A stretch of DNA of 64,000 nt from Octopus vulgaris (taxonomy: Eukaryota): positions 44,082,001 through 44,146,000 of the forward strand of contig OX597824.1 in assembly GCA_951406725.2 (NCBI GenBank). Direction: 5' to 3'. Both the position numbers and the translations under genes were made by a program. Shown here piece by piece: positions 14,790 through 29,426 of the stretch (positions are counted from its first letter, which is position 1; each line of letters opens with the position of its first letter). Under the pieces are notes generated by a model. That model saw nothing but the letters and a program-made list of their open reading frames with translations. It was not told where the DNA came from and did no database searches.

Positions 14790-14889
14790 CTATGCGCTTA
14801 GGATCAAGCTTGTCTCTACATGGCTCTTTGTAAGGCTTTAATTCTTTATCTTCATACCCAACATTGATCCAGCGGTCTCGCATAATGGT
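14790..14889 (-). CDS. MARK: MARK/Par-1 alternative exon B, TIMRDRWINVGYEDKELKPYKEPCRDKLDPKRI
   Basis: 100 nt, tctacag / gtaaat, same phase as exon A, 21/33 aa identical, no stop. Confidence 0.88.
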
Positions 14890-15365
14890 CTGTAGACCAA
14901 AAGACAAACTGATTTTCAGCACATAAAAAATAAGATAATCAAGCAAACAAATGGGTGGAAGAGACAACCACAAAGCCCACTTAGAGATGACAACAACAAA
15001 TACGACAAAGCTCTGAAACAAAAAAAAATAATGCATGAAAAAAAAAACAAAAAAACTGCATGCAAAGGATTTTTGACAGGTATCTCTCTGTAAGAATCCT
15101 GGTGTCCTGAGAAAAGAGACATATTGCACTGCAGCAGCAGACCTTCGCAGGATGTCCCTTAGCACAGCCACTAGATCAGCAGGGCGACAAATAAAAGTAA
15201 TTGTAAACATAATGGTGGTGGTGGTTGTGGTGGTGGTGGTGGTGGTAGTGATGATGATAAGAATAATAATGCCTGTTCAGCCTGTTGCTTCCACTCCCAT
15301 GGTATGGAAACAAAATCTGAACAAGCTCATAGGATCATCATTTTTTTTTATATATATACAATTAC

Positions 15366-15465
15366 CTATTCGAAGTGGATCATTTATGTCAGGTGGTGGT
15401 TCTACATAAGGCTTAAGTTCATCATCCTCGAAACCTATATTCATCCACTTGTCCTTCATTATTGT
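15366..15465 (-). CDS. MARK: MARK/Par-1 alternative exon [34 protein letters not shown]
   Basis: 100 nt, gtaacag / gtaatt, phase 0-1; matches the MARK kinase end / CD-like EDDE motif / linker. Confidence 0.92.
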
Positions 15466-16239
15466 CTGTTACGCAGAAAGGAAGAGAACAATCCATTGTT
15501 AGTAACAACAACAATCATTAACAATTGGTAGCAATGCATCCAAATCAGTATTGCAAATATAAAAACAAAATCAATTAGGGAATGACTAATTAATGCAAGA
15601 GAACTGTAGTATAATTAAAAGGCTCTTTAAATTAATTTTTATATTTTGAAACTGCAATGTTATAGAGCAATAATTATTACTTATGTATTCAATGTATGTG
15701 TTTTCATTTCAAATGATAAAAGATAGACTTTTGGAAATATTTCAAGAAACTTTTTAACTCTTCAGTGTAACAAGTAACAAACACTTTCAGAACATATGAA
15801 CAATTGTAGAAATTATTTTATATAACCATTTTAATTTGGTTCTTTCAGCTAATATCAAAATTCCAAGAAGAATTCTTCAAATGGAAAAACTAATTTGGAT
15901 GCATCACTACACTACTATTATGAACAACTAGGCTTTATTTTCCTTTCTTCCTTCCAGTTATTCTGAAATAAAATAAACAAAATTGGAAAAGACAATAAAA
16001 AAAAGGAAAATATTATTAAACTAAAGACAATGACTTGTAAGCAGGCATCATACTATATAAATTAAATTTATTCCATCTACAAAAAGAAACAAAACAAAAC
16101 AAAACAAAAAAACGAACCCCACCTTTCTGAAATTTGAATGAGCAATTTTTTCTTACATCTACAAATATGTACCTGATGAGAGGGTTGCATGTATGTACAT
16201 TCATTCAGTCATTCACACACACACACACACTCTCTCTCT

Positions 16240-17460
16240 TACTCTAGCATGTACAGCCACTTTCCATGCTGGCATGGGTTGGATGGGTCATCACAGTTAA
16301 AATCAGTTCCAAATCAGAGTTCTATCATCCGAGATGAACTGAAGAATCATGTCTTGCTCATATGTTTCAGTTTTTTTATTTGTTTCTACAGTTGGATGTT
16401 CTTACTACTAGCAACCACTTTACAGAATGTACTAGGTGCATTTTATGGGGAGTGTTGGTGAGATGACAGAGATTCAAAGGTGGTTAAGAAAATAGACTTT
16501 CGCAGTAGATTGCGTGCACGCACATACACACTACTTCTCAGCCTCTGTTACCACCAATTTAATGTTTGCTTCACCATGTTTGCACAAGTAGACAAACCTC
16601 ACATGCTACATGTCACTAACTAGCATGGTACTCGTACTCTTAGAGAGAGATACTGCATCTTTGGATCCTTTTTCTGCACTTCATCTCAAGTCTTCCTTGG
16701 TCTCTTTCTTTCATAGGTTCCATTTACTGATTGCATGATACTTCTTTTATATCACTTTTCTACTCCTTACATATCACATGTCCTTACCAACAGTCTAACA
16801 CAATACAGCTCAGTTCATTTCTACTCGTTTTTCACCCACACTAATGCTGCTCATCCAGAGGAACTTTCTCTTTTCATTTCTCTCTTTGCAAATCTACACT
16901 GAAGCCCAACATCTCCCTATCATGCAACAGCACACTTTGTACACAAGCATCTTATAATTCGTCCATTTTAGATTCTGGTCTTCATTATACATGGAAGGAA
17001 CATAGGGTTGAAACCTTGCCAGTCTTTGAAGGTGATGGATAAATGTCCATACCAGGAGAGCTTTCAGTGTTTCACTGTTACAAGGAGTTCTTGTTTGCTA
17101 GCATTTGTTGGTGATTTGCTGCCTAACAAAGTTTTTTTCTTATGATGTGTATATGAGATGCATAAAAAAAGTCTTCTGAAGCATACATCCTCAACTGCTG
17201 TGAGTGTCCAGCTTTGGCACCTGTACAGTTCGAAGTCTGTGGGTTAAGTAATGGAACTACTTTTTCATATGGCATTCAGCTCCATCACTGCAGATGATAC
17301 TATATCAAGTTTTGCTTTTAATTTTTTATGGGGCTGCTGCCCTCAGCCAAAGTACTTAAAGTTATTCACTTTTCCATGTTTTTGTTTATTCAGCATGATG
17401 TTAATTACTACATTCTGATTGTGGCTATGGATCAGTGTCTTGCTTTTTTTTTTCTAAAAT
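16240..17460 (-). mobile_element. Degenerate RTE fragments
   Basis: Tail CCATGCTGGCATGGGTTGGA at about 16264 and ORF2 C-terminal similarity at about 16680-16960. Confidence 0.5.
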
Positions 17461-20400
17461 GACTTCCATTCTATACACTGCTGATGCTCATCACAGTCAG
17501 GTGATGAGATCTTGGACTTCTGCTTTACTGCCTCCCATTAAGGTAGTATCCTCATCAATATGCAAGATGTCATCTGCTGATGTAAATGAAGGCATGGAAT
17601 ACACTGTGTTTTACACTCAAAGTTTTTTAAGATGTTAAAATGTAATGGGGAGAAGAGAAAACCTTCAATTTTTCACTGTTGTACTGAACAGAGCACCAAT
17701 GTTGTCTTTTTAGTAAAACAATGCTGTTTGAATCTTTTGTGAAGATGACAACATACATATATGTATCATGATTGTGGTGGATAGCAAGAAGAAATGCATT
17801 TAGTTGGAAATCAGAAGTGGCAATACAAGGATCAACCAAAGAAAGCTTACACACACCTTCCTCATGGACTACTGATGCATCTGATCATTTACTCCATAGG
17901 AGAATAAGCTACTTCCTTGAAAGTAGCCAAAAAGGGAAGGCTAACAGAGAATATCAACAGGGAAAAGCAGGCCAACTACTATGACTCAGTTGGTTCCAAT
18001 ATCTCCATTGGCACAGTCTTTTAAGTCAAAAATAGACTTATAAGCCATCTCAAAACATTAATTTCAATGGAATAAAATTTGAGCCATGAATAGATATCAT
18101 CAACGATAATACAAACACACATACATACATAGTGTATGCATATATATGTATAGGCACACATGTATGCTCCCACCCCTACCTCTCTGTGTGTATATATAGA
18201 GATATATAGATAGATACACACACACTTGTATACATGGACATGCACACATATTAGCCGAGGTGCACAGAGATGTTCAGTTATAGTATCAACAAAATACCAA
18301 GCAGCCATTGCTGATTTTAGTACACATTACAGTCAAATGGAAAATCAGTTTGCTGCTTATGTATTGAGGAAAGGGAAAAAACTATGTAGCAAATCTTCTT
18401 GACATGATTATGACATCCAGATTATAGGGAATCTTAAGTGTGCATGTATCTACCACCATTTCTAGCAGGTTGAGCAACCATATAGAAATCTTTGTTGACT
18501 TACACATGTATGAAATGGTGGATGTTAATTTAGGAAAATATACAATTGCTATTTCAACCACCTCTAGCTACTGCATAGAAGTTACTCTACTCAGTTTATT
18601 CTTACAAACATAAGACTAGCGTGTGATTTAAAGGAGAAAGAAAATTTGGTTGCTATTTCTACTAGGTCTAGCTGGAATGTAGACATCTCCTACATACACT
18701 ATGGTGTGGTTTGAGAAAGATTTCTCAAATTACACCATAATGCCATTTTCTATTTCCTGTTTGTATGTGTCCATATACACATGCATACAAGTCAAGATAA
18801 GTGAAACTTCTCGTGCTGACCTATACAAAACATATGCATATGTTAAGCAGTAGGGTGTGATTAAATGTTCATTTGGCTACTACTTCTAGAATATCCAAAC
18901 ACTGATATCCAACAAAAAATAGCAATAAAAACACACCACCACTCTCCTCTGCCTTTCTATTCATGTGATACCACCATTCTCCTCTTCTCTCCTGTCTATG
19001 ACCTTCTATTTATGTGTTTCTCTTATTCTCTCTGTATTCCATTCTACCAGAGAAGATGAAAGATTAATGAGAGACAAAAGGAAGAGAAACAGAGTTTGAC
19101 ATTACACAAATAATTTTTAATCTTTCTTTTACTGATACTATCACACTTCTCTTACTTTATATGTATCTTCTGCTTGCTAATATGATTCCATTTTATCTTG
19201 GTCTTTCTTCATTTCCTTTCTTCACAAACGGTATTGGGTGTGGTTCAAGGGAAATTTGGATATTTCTTAAAAAATAAAAGTAACACTAATTTTCCTTATA
19301 ACAGGGCAAATAATACTTGTGACTTTGTGGGTGTTCGTTGTGTAGTTTATAAAGACTAGGCAGGCATATGTATAATTCAGATACATATACATACCACACA
19401 TCAGGTTTGTGATGGATCTTAGTGACAAAGAAACAAAATATTCTCAAGAGAACTGAAATATATTATTATATAATGGTGCTAAACAAAACATCTTCTGTTT
19501 AAACTTTTTAACCTATATTTATCTACAAATTCTAAGAAGAGATTATTATTATTAATATTATATATAAACTATACTACTAACACACAATTTAGGATTTTAG
19601 TAGACATACTGACACATAAAGGATTGTGAGGCTGAGGTGAACTCCAAAATATACAGCTGATGACTTAGTCATTGCATTTAGATGCTAAGCCAAACAACAG
19701 TTGTACTTTCATCATAGTTTGACAAAGAACTCATATAATTGACCAAATGTGTAACAGTTGGTGATTAGCAGTTTGAAGGGTCAAAAGACTTGATGCAACA
19801 ACAATATGCAACTGGCCATAGCATTTTACAAATGTGGATCTATGTAAACATATTGGTTTTATTTGAATTAGTTATTGTTCTTGTTATAATCAAACCACCT
19901 AGTATCCACTAGTCTATAGAAGCATAAACAAATGTTTGTAGATACAGCCTTCAACTTCATTCGCCTGTCCTTTGTCAACCTAACTTCATCATATTTAATT
20001 TTCAATCATATGATCTAAAACTTAATATAAACTTTAGTTATATAAATCTTGAGAGAGATTAACTAAATGCTATGTAATTTTTTTTATCTCCCACTACCAT
20101 TTAGCACTTGAAGATAAAAATTTCTTATATCACAATTACAAATAGATAAGACAGAATTACTTAGCTCCTGGTTTAAGAAAAGACAAAGAAAAAATTATAA
20201 GCAACTACTTGTAACATTTGTTGCTACAAAATAGCCTACAAAGTAAATGAAAGAAATTAAGATATTACAATAAAATTTATATATAACAAAAAAAAAAACA
20301 TGCAAAATGAAACAAAAGGAACTCTACTCAGCTTCTGTAAATAAATTAATTATAAATTAAAAAATAATTTCAGAATAAATTAAATGTATTTAGCAGTTTG

Positions 20401-21351
20401 AAAAATTAGGGAAAAATGTTTTCACTCATTGCTTTTGAAGGAAGTGGGAAGGAATAAAAAAAAAATTAAATTAAACAAAAATAAAATGTAAGGGAAAAAA
20501 AGAGCATATGGAAGAAATAATGCGGACAGAAAGAGCAGGAAAAGATGAAGAGAGATGAATTTAGAAAATGAAAAAAAAAAAAAAAGAGAGAGAGAGAGAG
20601 AGAGGGAGTAGGTAAATAAACTACTTGAGTCAAATTACTTCAAAAGTTAATAATCCAGATCAAAGTGAAAAACAAATTACTTCAATATACATGGTGTAAA
20701 AAAAAAAACTTTGTCATAACATAAAGCATATACAATTGACAAAATGATAACAAAGAAGTCAACAATTAGAAAAGAAAAATCAATGAATTAAAGGAGTTTG
20801 CTCATTTGTGTTAAAAGTTACAATCAAAATCCAAGTTAAGCATTTATTAAAAATCTACTTTTCTTTCAGCTATTTCTCTGTATATCCTTTTAACTATTTT
20901 ATTCTGATCAATAATGATAGTTTGTGACAATTGTCAGATTAAGTTGCTAGCATTCACATTAAACATCTAACTAGAGATAGATATATAAAAATTCAGGGAC
21001 AATATGAGTAGAATGAACCTATTTCAGCTGATGTTAACAATAAGCTTTTAAGATCTCTCCTCTACCAACTTCTGTTTTCCTTCTGCCACATTTATTTCCT
21101 TCATGTTCAAACAGTGTGTGTGTGTAGGTAACAATTCTATTCGTATAGAGAAGCTAAATGTATGTTTATTAAATATACGTATGTAAATGAGCATAGGCAC
21201 TTTCACAAGTAGCTCTAAGCACTCTCTCTCTCTCTCTCTAAAACAAGTGGAATAAATCTCTTGTAAATGACAGGCATTACCATCAATCAGTCCACTGTAT
21301 AGAAAGAGCCCTATGGTTAAACCATCACTATTAAATGTGCGTGTGCTTATA

Positions 21352-21391
<40 letters not shown>

Positions 21392-23909
21392 AACATAGTA
21401 AGTGCTACACTTAAACTCAACATGTCCCTATTAACCCTTTAGCATTTAGATTATTCTGTCAAATGCAATGTTTATCTGTTCACATTGTTTTGAATTAATC
21501 ATGCATTATTTCATACCTTCAAGATTTCAATGACATGATAGGTTAGTTTTAGAATGACATTGGAGGGTGGATGTGAAAAATTTCAAAGGCTATTCAAGAT
21601 AGATTTTGTTACAATATAATGAGGAATATGTGTTTTCACTTCATTACAATATTCAAACCTATTTTGTAAATGATGGGTTGGTGAAAAGTGAACCTGAACT
21701 GACTAGATGTGAACCTTCCAAAACATGAGTTACTGTCATACATCAAACATGGGTAGCTTGGTTGTCTCCCCCCTGCTTCATCTGAATGAACTATTCTATG
21801 CTTCTAGATTATTGGACAATTATGCTCAATATCAGAAATGAATACATATTCAAATAAATATGCTTATTTAGAAGCCCCTAGATAAAAAAAAAACCATTAC
21901 AATCTACAATGAATGGCTGCAACAGCTTATAATTTTTGCAGTGTAAAGTGAAGGAAATAGAAATGCTCTGGATAGGGTACCATTCTTCTTGGCAGATACA
22001 CTTCTTTCTCCAGTAATTAACTGAAAAAGAGATAACTACTTTTCCAAAGAAACTTTATAAAGCCTCTAAAAATTCACATGATGTTCCCTCCCATCTGCTT
22101 TGCCAAAATACTTTTAGAGATACATATACTTTTTATAAATGGAAGATGGCATTGAATTATAAGAAGCAGATAAAGTTTATCATACAATAACTGCACTCAC
22201 ATCCTCTTTCATAATAAAGACAATAAAAACAAAGTAGCTGATGCACAAAATGGACATCCTTTAGCTGAGAATTTTTATGACCAATGTATTCTGGTTAAGA
22301 AATTTCACACACATGCAAGCATGCGCACACACACACACATCCAAACTAAAGTGAAGAAAGTAGTACTTGAAAACCAGAACATCATTGTTTAACATTTGCT
22401 TTTCTAGGCTTGCAGGGGTCATTTGTTGAGGCAGATTTTCCAGAGTTAGATGCCCTTCCTGTTGACAACCCTAACCTGTTTCCAGGCAAATAATATTTTC
22501 TCATGAAAGACTGGAAACAAACAACAGTTGTAGGTTGGTGATGCCCATTTACAATCACATTATGTTAAGACAGGATACACACAAACACACACAAGTATGC
22601 AATTTATATTGAAATCAAATACATTTTCTTGTAACAAAATCCATCTTGAATAGCATGAGAAAACTTTTAATATTCAATAGGAACAAATATCCTACACACG
22701 TACATTTACATATAATTTAAGAGAGAAAATACCAAATAGCAAACCAAAAGCTTTTCACAGATGTTAAAATATTTTCTTCCTCTATCTTCCAATTGGAAAC
22801 CGGTTTCAGGACTGACACTAGTTTCAATAATGTTTTAAGCAAATGGAATATGTATCCTCTTGGATATGATAAATCACAAGTTGTTGCTTTGAGATCCTAA
22901 GCACTAAATCAAGCATCCACTTCATCTAGCATCACAAGAGTTCACTTCATTTATGACTGACTCAATGTAAAATATTGATTAACTAAAATTTGTCATATAA
23001 TATGCAATTACAGAAAACACAGGGAGCAAACTTATTTCACAAATAAGTTTAAATTAAATTGTACTAAGTAGTCATGTCATCTTATGAATCAATTATTTAA
23101 GCTAAAAAGTAAATGAAGGATATCTTTGACTGAACCAATTAAAATTAACAGTAAATGTTTGTATCAGATCAAAATATACAATATTCTGACCTTATGATTC
23201 ACATCCCACATAACTGATCAGAATAAAGTTAGCTAAACTATCAAAAGAATAAATGTTATCAATGCATTTATGGTGCTAAGTAAAATATATTAAATTTAGA
23301 TGTTTACTCTTAAATTCATTGTAATTGATTTTCAGTTAATAAAATCAGATGAGAGACTTCAGAAACAATTACATAATGAAAAACAGAGCTGAGTAGAAAA
23401 ATAAAACCAAACACTCAAAAAGATATAAAAAATATTTTTAAATAAAATATTAAAAAGAAAAATTATATATACAAAGTATTGTTACAAAAACAAAAAGAAA
23501 GAAAGAAAACATTATTGATAACTATTAATGTCATACTTTAATAAAACATGCAAAATAAAATAATTTTAAAATTTAATGAAGCCTTGCAATATTTTTGAAT
23601 CCTTAATTATAAATATAAAATTTACATATATATGAATAATAATAGATATTAAGCCAAATTACAAAATGGTAAAATGTTGTATTGTTTTAATTGTTTAAAA
23701 GATGACTTTACAAGTTAAAATTTTAATAAGATTTAATTAGAAATATGTGAAAATTTTAAGAGGATCGAGTGTTCTACCAACATTTCTAAATTATTTTAAC
23801 AATATCGACTATATTTCAGAACCACAAGATTTAATGTGTAAAAGTTAAAAAAACAAAATAATTAGAAGTTGGTATTTAATAAAAGAAAGATATTTTCAGT
23901 ATATAGTTA

Positions 23910-24038
<129 letters not shown>

Positions 24039-25910
24039 CTACAAAAAATAACAAGTATAATAACAAGCTATTCTGGTATACATAAATTGTACCAGTTACA
24101 TACAAAGTTTCAAAATAGATTAGCTATTAAGTGCATGGATCTAGCAAAATTTTCTTCATCGTCACCCTAAAATCCTATTTTCCATGCTTGTATGAATCAA
24201 ACAAACTTTATGAGACAGATTTTCTATTAATGGATGCTCTTCTTGTTGTCAACCTCCCCTATTTCCAAGCAACATAATATTTCTCATAGAGTACACAAGT
24301 TTTTCACAGAAGACTTTTCTTTGAGTTATTTTGGTATGATAACTGACTTGTTTACAATCAATGTCACAGCAAGGAAATATGAACATACATACACATCATA
24401 TACACACAAACCCTACATGATTCTTTCAGTATCTACCTACCAAATTCACTCACAAGACTTTGGTTGACCTAGGGTTATAAAAGCTGCCTAAGTTAACCCA
24501 GTGGGAGTGAACCATAAACCATATAGTTGCAAAAGAGAACTTCTTGACCACACAGTCATCCCTAGATAGAGAATTTTTTAAATCTCTCTTTTACACACAA
24601 TATTTTAAACTACAGTACTCTAATTTATACAAATTTCTCTCTTTATACTCAATCTTCATTTTAAAAGTTCTTTCTTTTTGTTTTTAATACTCTTGAATCT
24701 TACAACAAACTTCATATCATCTTTGCATTTAAACATTTGAATTTCTTTTTTGTTTTTCAGTTCAGTTTTTAGTAGTAGTCTTTTGGATTCTGATTCTAAT
24801 GGATTATAATGATCCCTAAGAATGAGAAGTTGACTGCAAGAGCTTGTAACTCTCTTCAAATTCTAAAAATAATATTTTAGTTAACCAGGCAGAGATATTT
24901 TAGTTACCATACATAACAAATAAAAAGTAAGTAAATAGTGATGCATGTGTTTTTCACCTCTGCCTAAATTTTTAGAGATAACCTCTCAACCCACTTTCAA
25001 GACAACATGCTTGTAAATTTTGTCCCAGTTCCTATCCACATGGAAATCCAGATCAAACCAAACACTAAACAACTTAGTAGATAGGTCTGTCAGTGACTAC
25101 CCCTGATGATACTAGCTGGTGGCATGAACTGGCCTGGATTAATTTTTGCCCTTGTTATCAGTTTTGTATTCTTTTAAAACTGCAGCAGTGGTATCGTATA
25201 TCATTACAGTAACAGTTATATATATATCATTACAGCTTACCTGGATCACAGTGCATTAGGATGCTTCATAACAATACCATTTCCACAGCAGTGACTCAAG
25301 AGTCAATATATACAAGAGAGATGGTAGGGAATACCCTCAACAGACTGAACATATAATTTAAAGCAATTCTGCTAGTCACTTAGTCTGATTGCTGAGCACA
25401 AGCCACAATATACTGATATAATCCAGCCTCTGTAAATGGGGCTGAAATCAGTCACTCTGGGAACAACCACCAAGTAATTACTAAAAGCTTTTAACTGATC
25501 CAAATTGATCAGTCTCACAAAAGCCAACATAATTATTCACACTTTCTATGATACATCATTTGTAGTAGAGGTCGTCAAGGACAGATCAGCCAAAATCAAA
25601 CACAGATGTACTTTCCTGACTAGATTTCAATGAGATGCACCATTTTTTGATAGCCCTGATGATGCTTTTTTTTTTCTTTTATTTTTTTACAATTCCTTTA
25701 CCTAGGGTCATTTGAGTCGAAGGAACTTTTTTATATTTCATTTATTTTTACAGCCAATGACCTTCATAGCAGTCATCACTCAACCATGAACTGAGAAGAG
25801 TATGTATTTAATTAGACAGATTGGGTGAGAAATATTTTCTGCTTTACAGAGATTCTGCAGTAGGACTTGAATTCATCACATTGTAGTAAACAGTACACTG
25901 CACAACTTTA

Positions 25911-26081
<171 letters not shown>

Positions 26082-26539
26082 TTAGCAATCAAAAATTAAA
26101 AAGTTACCTAAATAAAACGATAGCAAAATTCTTATCAGACATTAACAACTTTGTGGTTCTCATTAAGTAAAACTACCTTGTTTGTCATTATTAGTGTTGT
26201 TTTCATGTTCATAATAATTACTTTTTAGACAACATTGATTGAACAGCAACAGAGTTAATACTAGGCAGTTAAGAAATAAAGAGTAACAATATATTTAAAT
26301 TCTAATCAGAGTTAAATAAATCTTCCTGGTAACATTTGCCATCACTACAAAGATGTACATTATAAGAACTGATAATACTAAAGAATATTTATGAAAATTA
26401 CAAAATAGCATTTTAACAGTCACAAGTAGATTTCAGATTGTTGTCAAAAGAATTTCTTGAAACAATAAGACATAATTTAACTAGCTTAACAAATTAGTTA
26501 AGTAGAATTTGTTCACATACATTCACTTCACAGTAGAAA

Positions 26540-27876
26540 TATTTGGTTGGCAGATAAACTTAATCTGCTTTCTAGTAATACCTTCAATATACTGATTTGT
26601 CTTGGGTAATAAAGCCAATTTTTGTAAGAGAAATTTTATATTATTCTACCTTTTAAAAAGATGAAGCAAAAGTTTTGCAATATTTACAGATGTGCTAGTT
26701 TGTGACATGTATATCATATGACCAAAGCAGTTCAAGCTGTGGAAGGTATCCACTGAGGTTGGTAGTATTGTGGTAGTTGGCACACTGACATACACATTGT
26801 TTAACTCTGCATATGATTTGAAAGCCACACAGATGAACATGCAACATAGTCCAATACGGGAACTTATACTTTAGACATTTGAACCGGGCCATAATACTGT
26901 GGATGCAACTAAAAACATTTATTGTGCGAAAAATGAAAGCACAGTTGATCACATTAGAGTAACCAAATATTTCAAGAAATTTCACTTGGATTGCAGGAAC
27001 CTCAACGATCAGGCAAGGACATGGATTCTGAGGCCTTGTTCCAAGTTATAGAGGCAAATCTGGTGAGTAGCACTCAGAGAGTATCGGGTGAATTCAGCAT
27101 CTCACAGTCCAGTGTGATTCAACATCTTCACAACCACGGCAAAATCATCTGGAGCTACTACGCAGAGGCAAGTAGATGTTTGCAAGGAACCTCTGGAAAA
27201 GCTGCATGATCTGCATTTCCTCAAGAAGATAATGTACAATGAAAAGTGAATATTCCACAATCCTAATGGTTATAAGCAATGGTTTAGCAAGGGGCCAGCT
27301 TCCAGAACATGCCACTAAACATAGGTGTTTCAAACACAAGGTGATACTGTGTGTCTAGTGAAATTATGAGGGGATAATTCACTAAGAGTTAATTCTGGAC
27401 AGTCAAACCATTGATGCGAACCTGTACTCTGAATAGCTGAAGCAGATGTATGTCATTGTGGGGCAGTAATACTCTGCATTGGTTAACAGAAAGTGAGCCC
27501 TTCTGCAGTAAGACAATCCAAGACTTCATACTGCTTGAATGACCCAGAAAAAACACCAGGAACTTGAGGGAATTGAACTGATGCCACACCCAACATATAG
27601 TCTAAACCTAGCTCCCTTGGGTTAATACTTGTTCTGATCCATGGCTCACTTCCTGCTCTCGCAATACTTCAGCAATCAAGAATAGGTGGAAACTTCAGTG
27701 AAAGAGTTCTTTGCCTCGAAGGAAATGAACTGGTATCAGTGTGGGATCAAAGAACTAGCAAATAAATGTGGCTTCAGACAATGCAACACGATGACCTCTG
27801 CTTTGAATGCTAGGCTATTTTATTGCAAATAAAGCACATAAGTTACCAAAGTATTGCAAAACTTTTGACTCAGTCT
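26540..27876 (+). mobile_element. mariner-like transposase relic
   Basis: GHNTVDATKNIYC N-terminus; PHPTYSLNLAP (HPPYSPDLAP-like); frameshifted. Confidence 0.7.
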
Positions 27877-27963
27877 TTTGACCCTGTATTCAATAAGGAG
27901 ATTCATTAAAACGGAACTTCAACAAACTTGACCTTTAGTACTGTGCTAACTCATCGACCTTTA

Positions 27964-28272
<309 letters not shown>

Positions 28273-29115
28273 CTAAAAAATAAAATTAAGATCTCTGAAA
28301 TGAGGTAAAGTCATTTCAATTACAAATAATAAACAGATGAAATAAAAGAATATCAAAGAAAAGGTACCTTGATAATCATACTTAAAAACTTAAAACAATA
28401 ATTGTAAAAATTTAGTTACTTCATCTCATTTTGATTACATCCACCACCATCAAATGTTAGAACTGAGTAAGTATATACAGTAAATTTAAATATTTTCAAA
28501 TACTAACAACTGGATGCTCTCCACTTCACTAATACTCATTCATGAAGTGTTATCAATATCACCATCATCTTACTTTTCCATGCTTGCATGTCAGATAAGA
28601 GTATGCAGAGAGTTTTTTTACAGCTGGATTCCCTTCCTGTTACCAACCCAACTTGTTTCCAATTGAAGTAATAATCTCCCTGTCCACCAAACAACCCAGA
28701 CTTGCTTTCATGTTGAACTGTAAATGAACACCATCATCACGAAGCTATTGTTTATGAACTAGTGAACATGAGGTAAACACAAACTTGCCCATGTACATAG
28801 ACACTCATATAAGATGGGCTTCTTGCAGTTTCCATTCCATTTACCAAATCTATTCATAAGGCTTTGATTGAAGTAGAAAACACTTGCCCAAGGAGCCACA
28901 CAGTGGGTCTGAACGTGAAACCACATGATCGGGGTGTAAACTTTTAAACCATCCAAACATGCCCACTGGCAGTGACATATTTTCATTTCAATAAAATTAA
29001 GACAAATCAAATATTGCATTTTGCCAAATAGCACAAGACAAACACTGCAGAAATGTTTGTACTCAGTCTATAATCAGACAATTTTAATTTCAGTTATTTT
29101 GCTTCATGTGTGCGC

Positions 29116-29167
<52 letters not shown>

Positions 29168-29369
29168 TGATACCCAAAGCAAAGCACATAATGCTTTTGT
29201 AATCTAACAAACACACAAAAACATTAAAGCTACAATTTGATATTACAATTAAATTAAGCAATATTAACCATCTTGAAGATTCACATTTCAATAACTAAGT
29301 ATATAATAAAAGTTGCAGTTTATTTTTCATGGAAGTTATCTAAAGTAAAATCATTATTTAAAAACATAC

Positions 29370-29426
29370 TTTTAAATCTCTATGTACAATGTGCTTCTGG
29401 TGACAATACTGTACAGCAGACACGAT
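29370..29426 (-). CDS. MARK: MARK/Par-1 kinase exon, IVSAVQYCHQKHIVHRDLK (HRD motif)
   Basis: 57 nt, tatatag / gtatgt. Confidence 0.95.

Noticed and set aside
14593-15210. 205-aa ORF spanning exon B
   Set aside because: Only the 100-nt core is MARK-like; flanks are poly-T intronic sequence and good splice sites bound the core.
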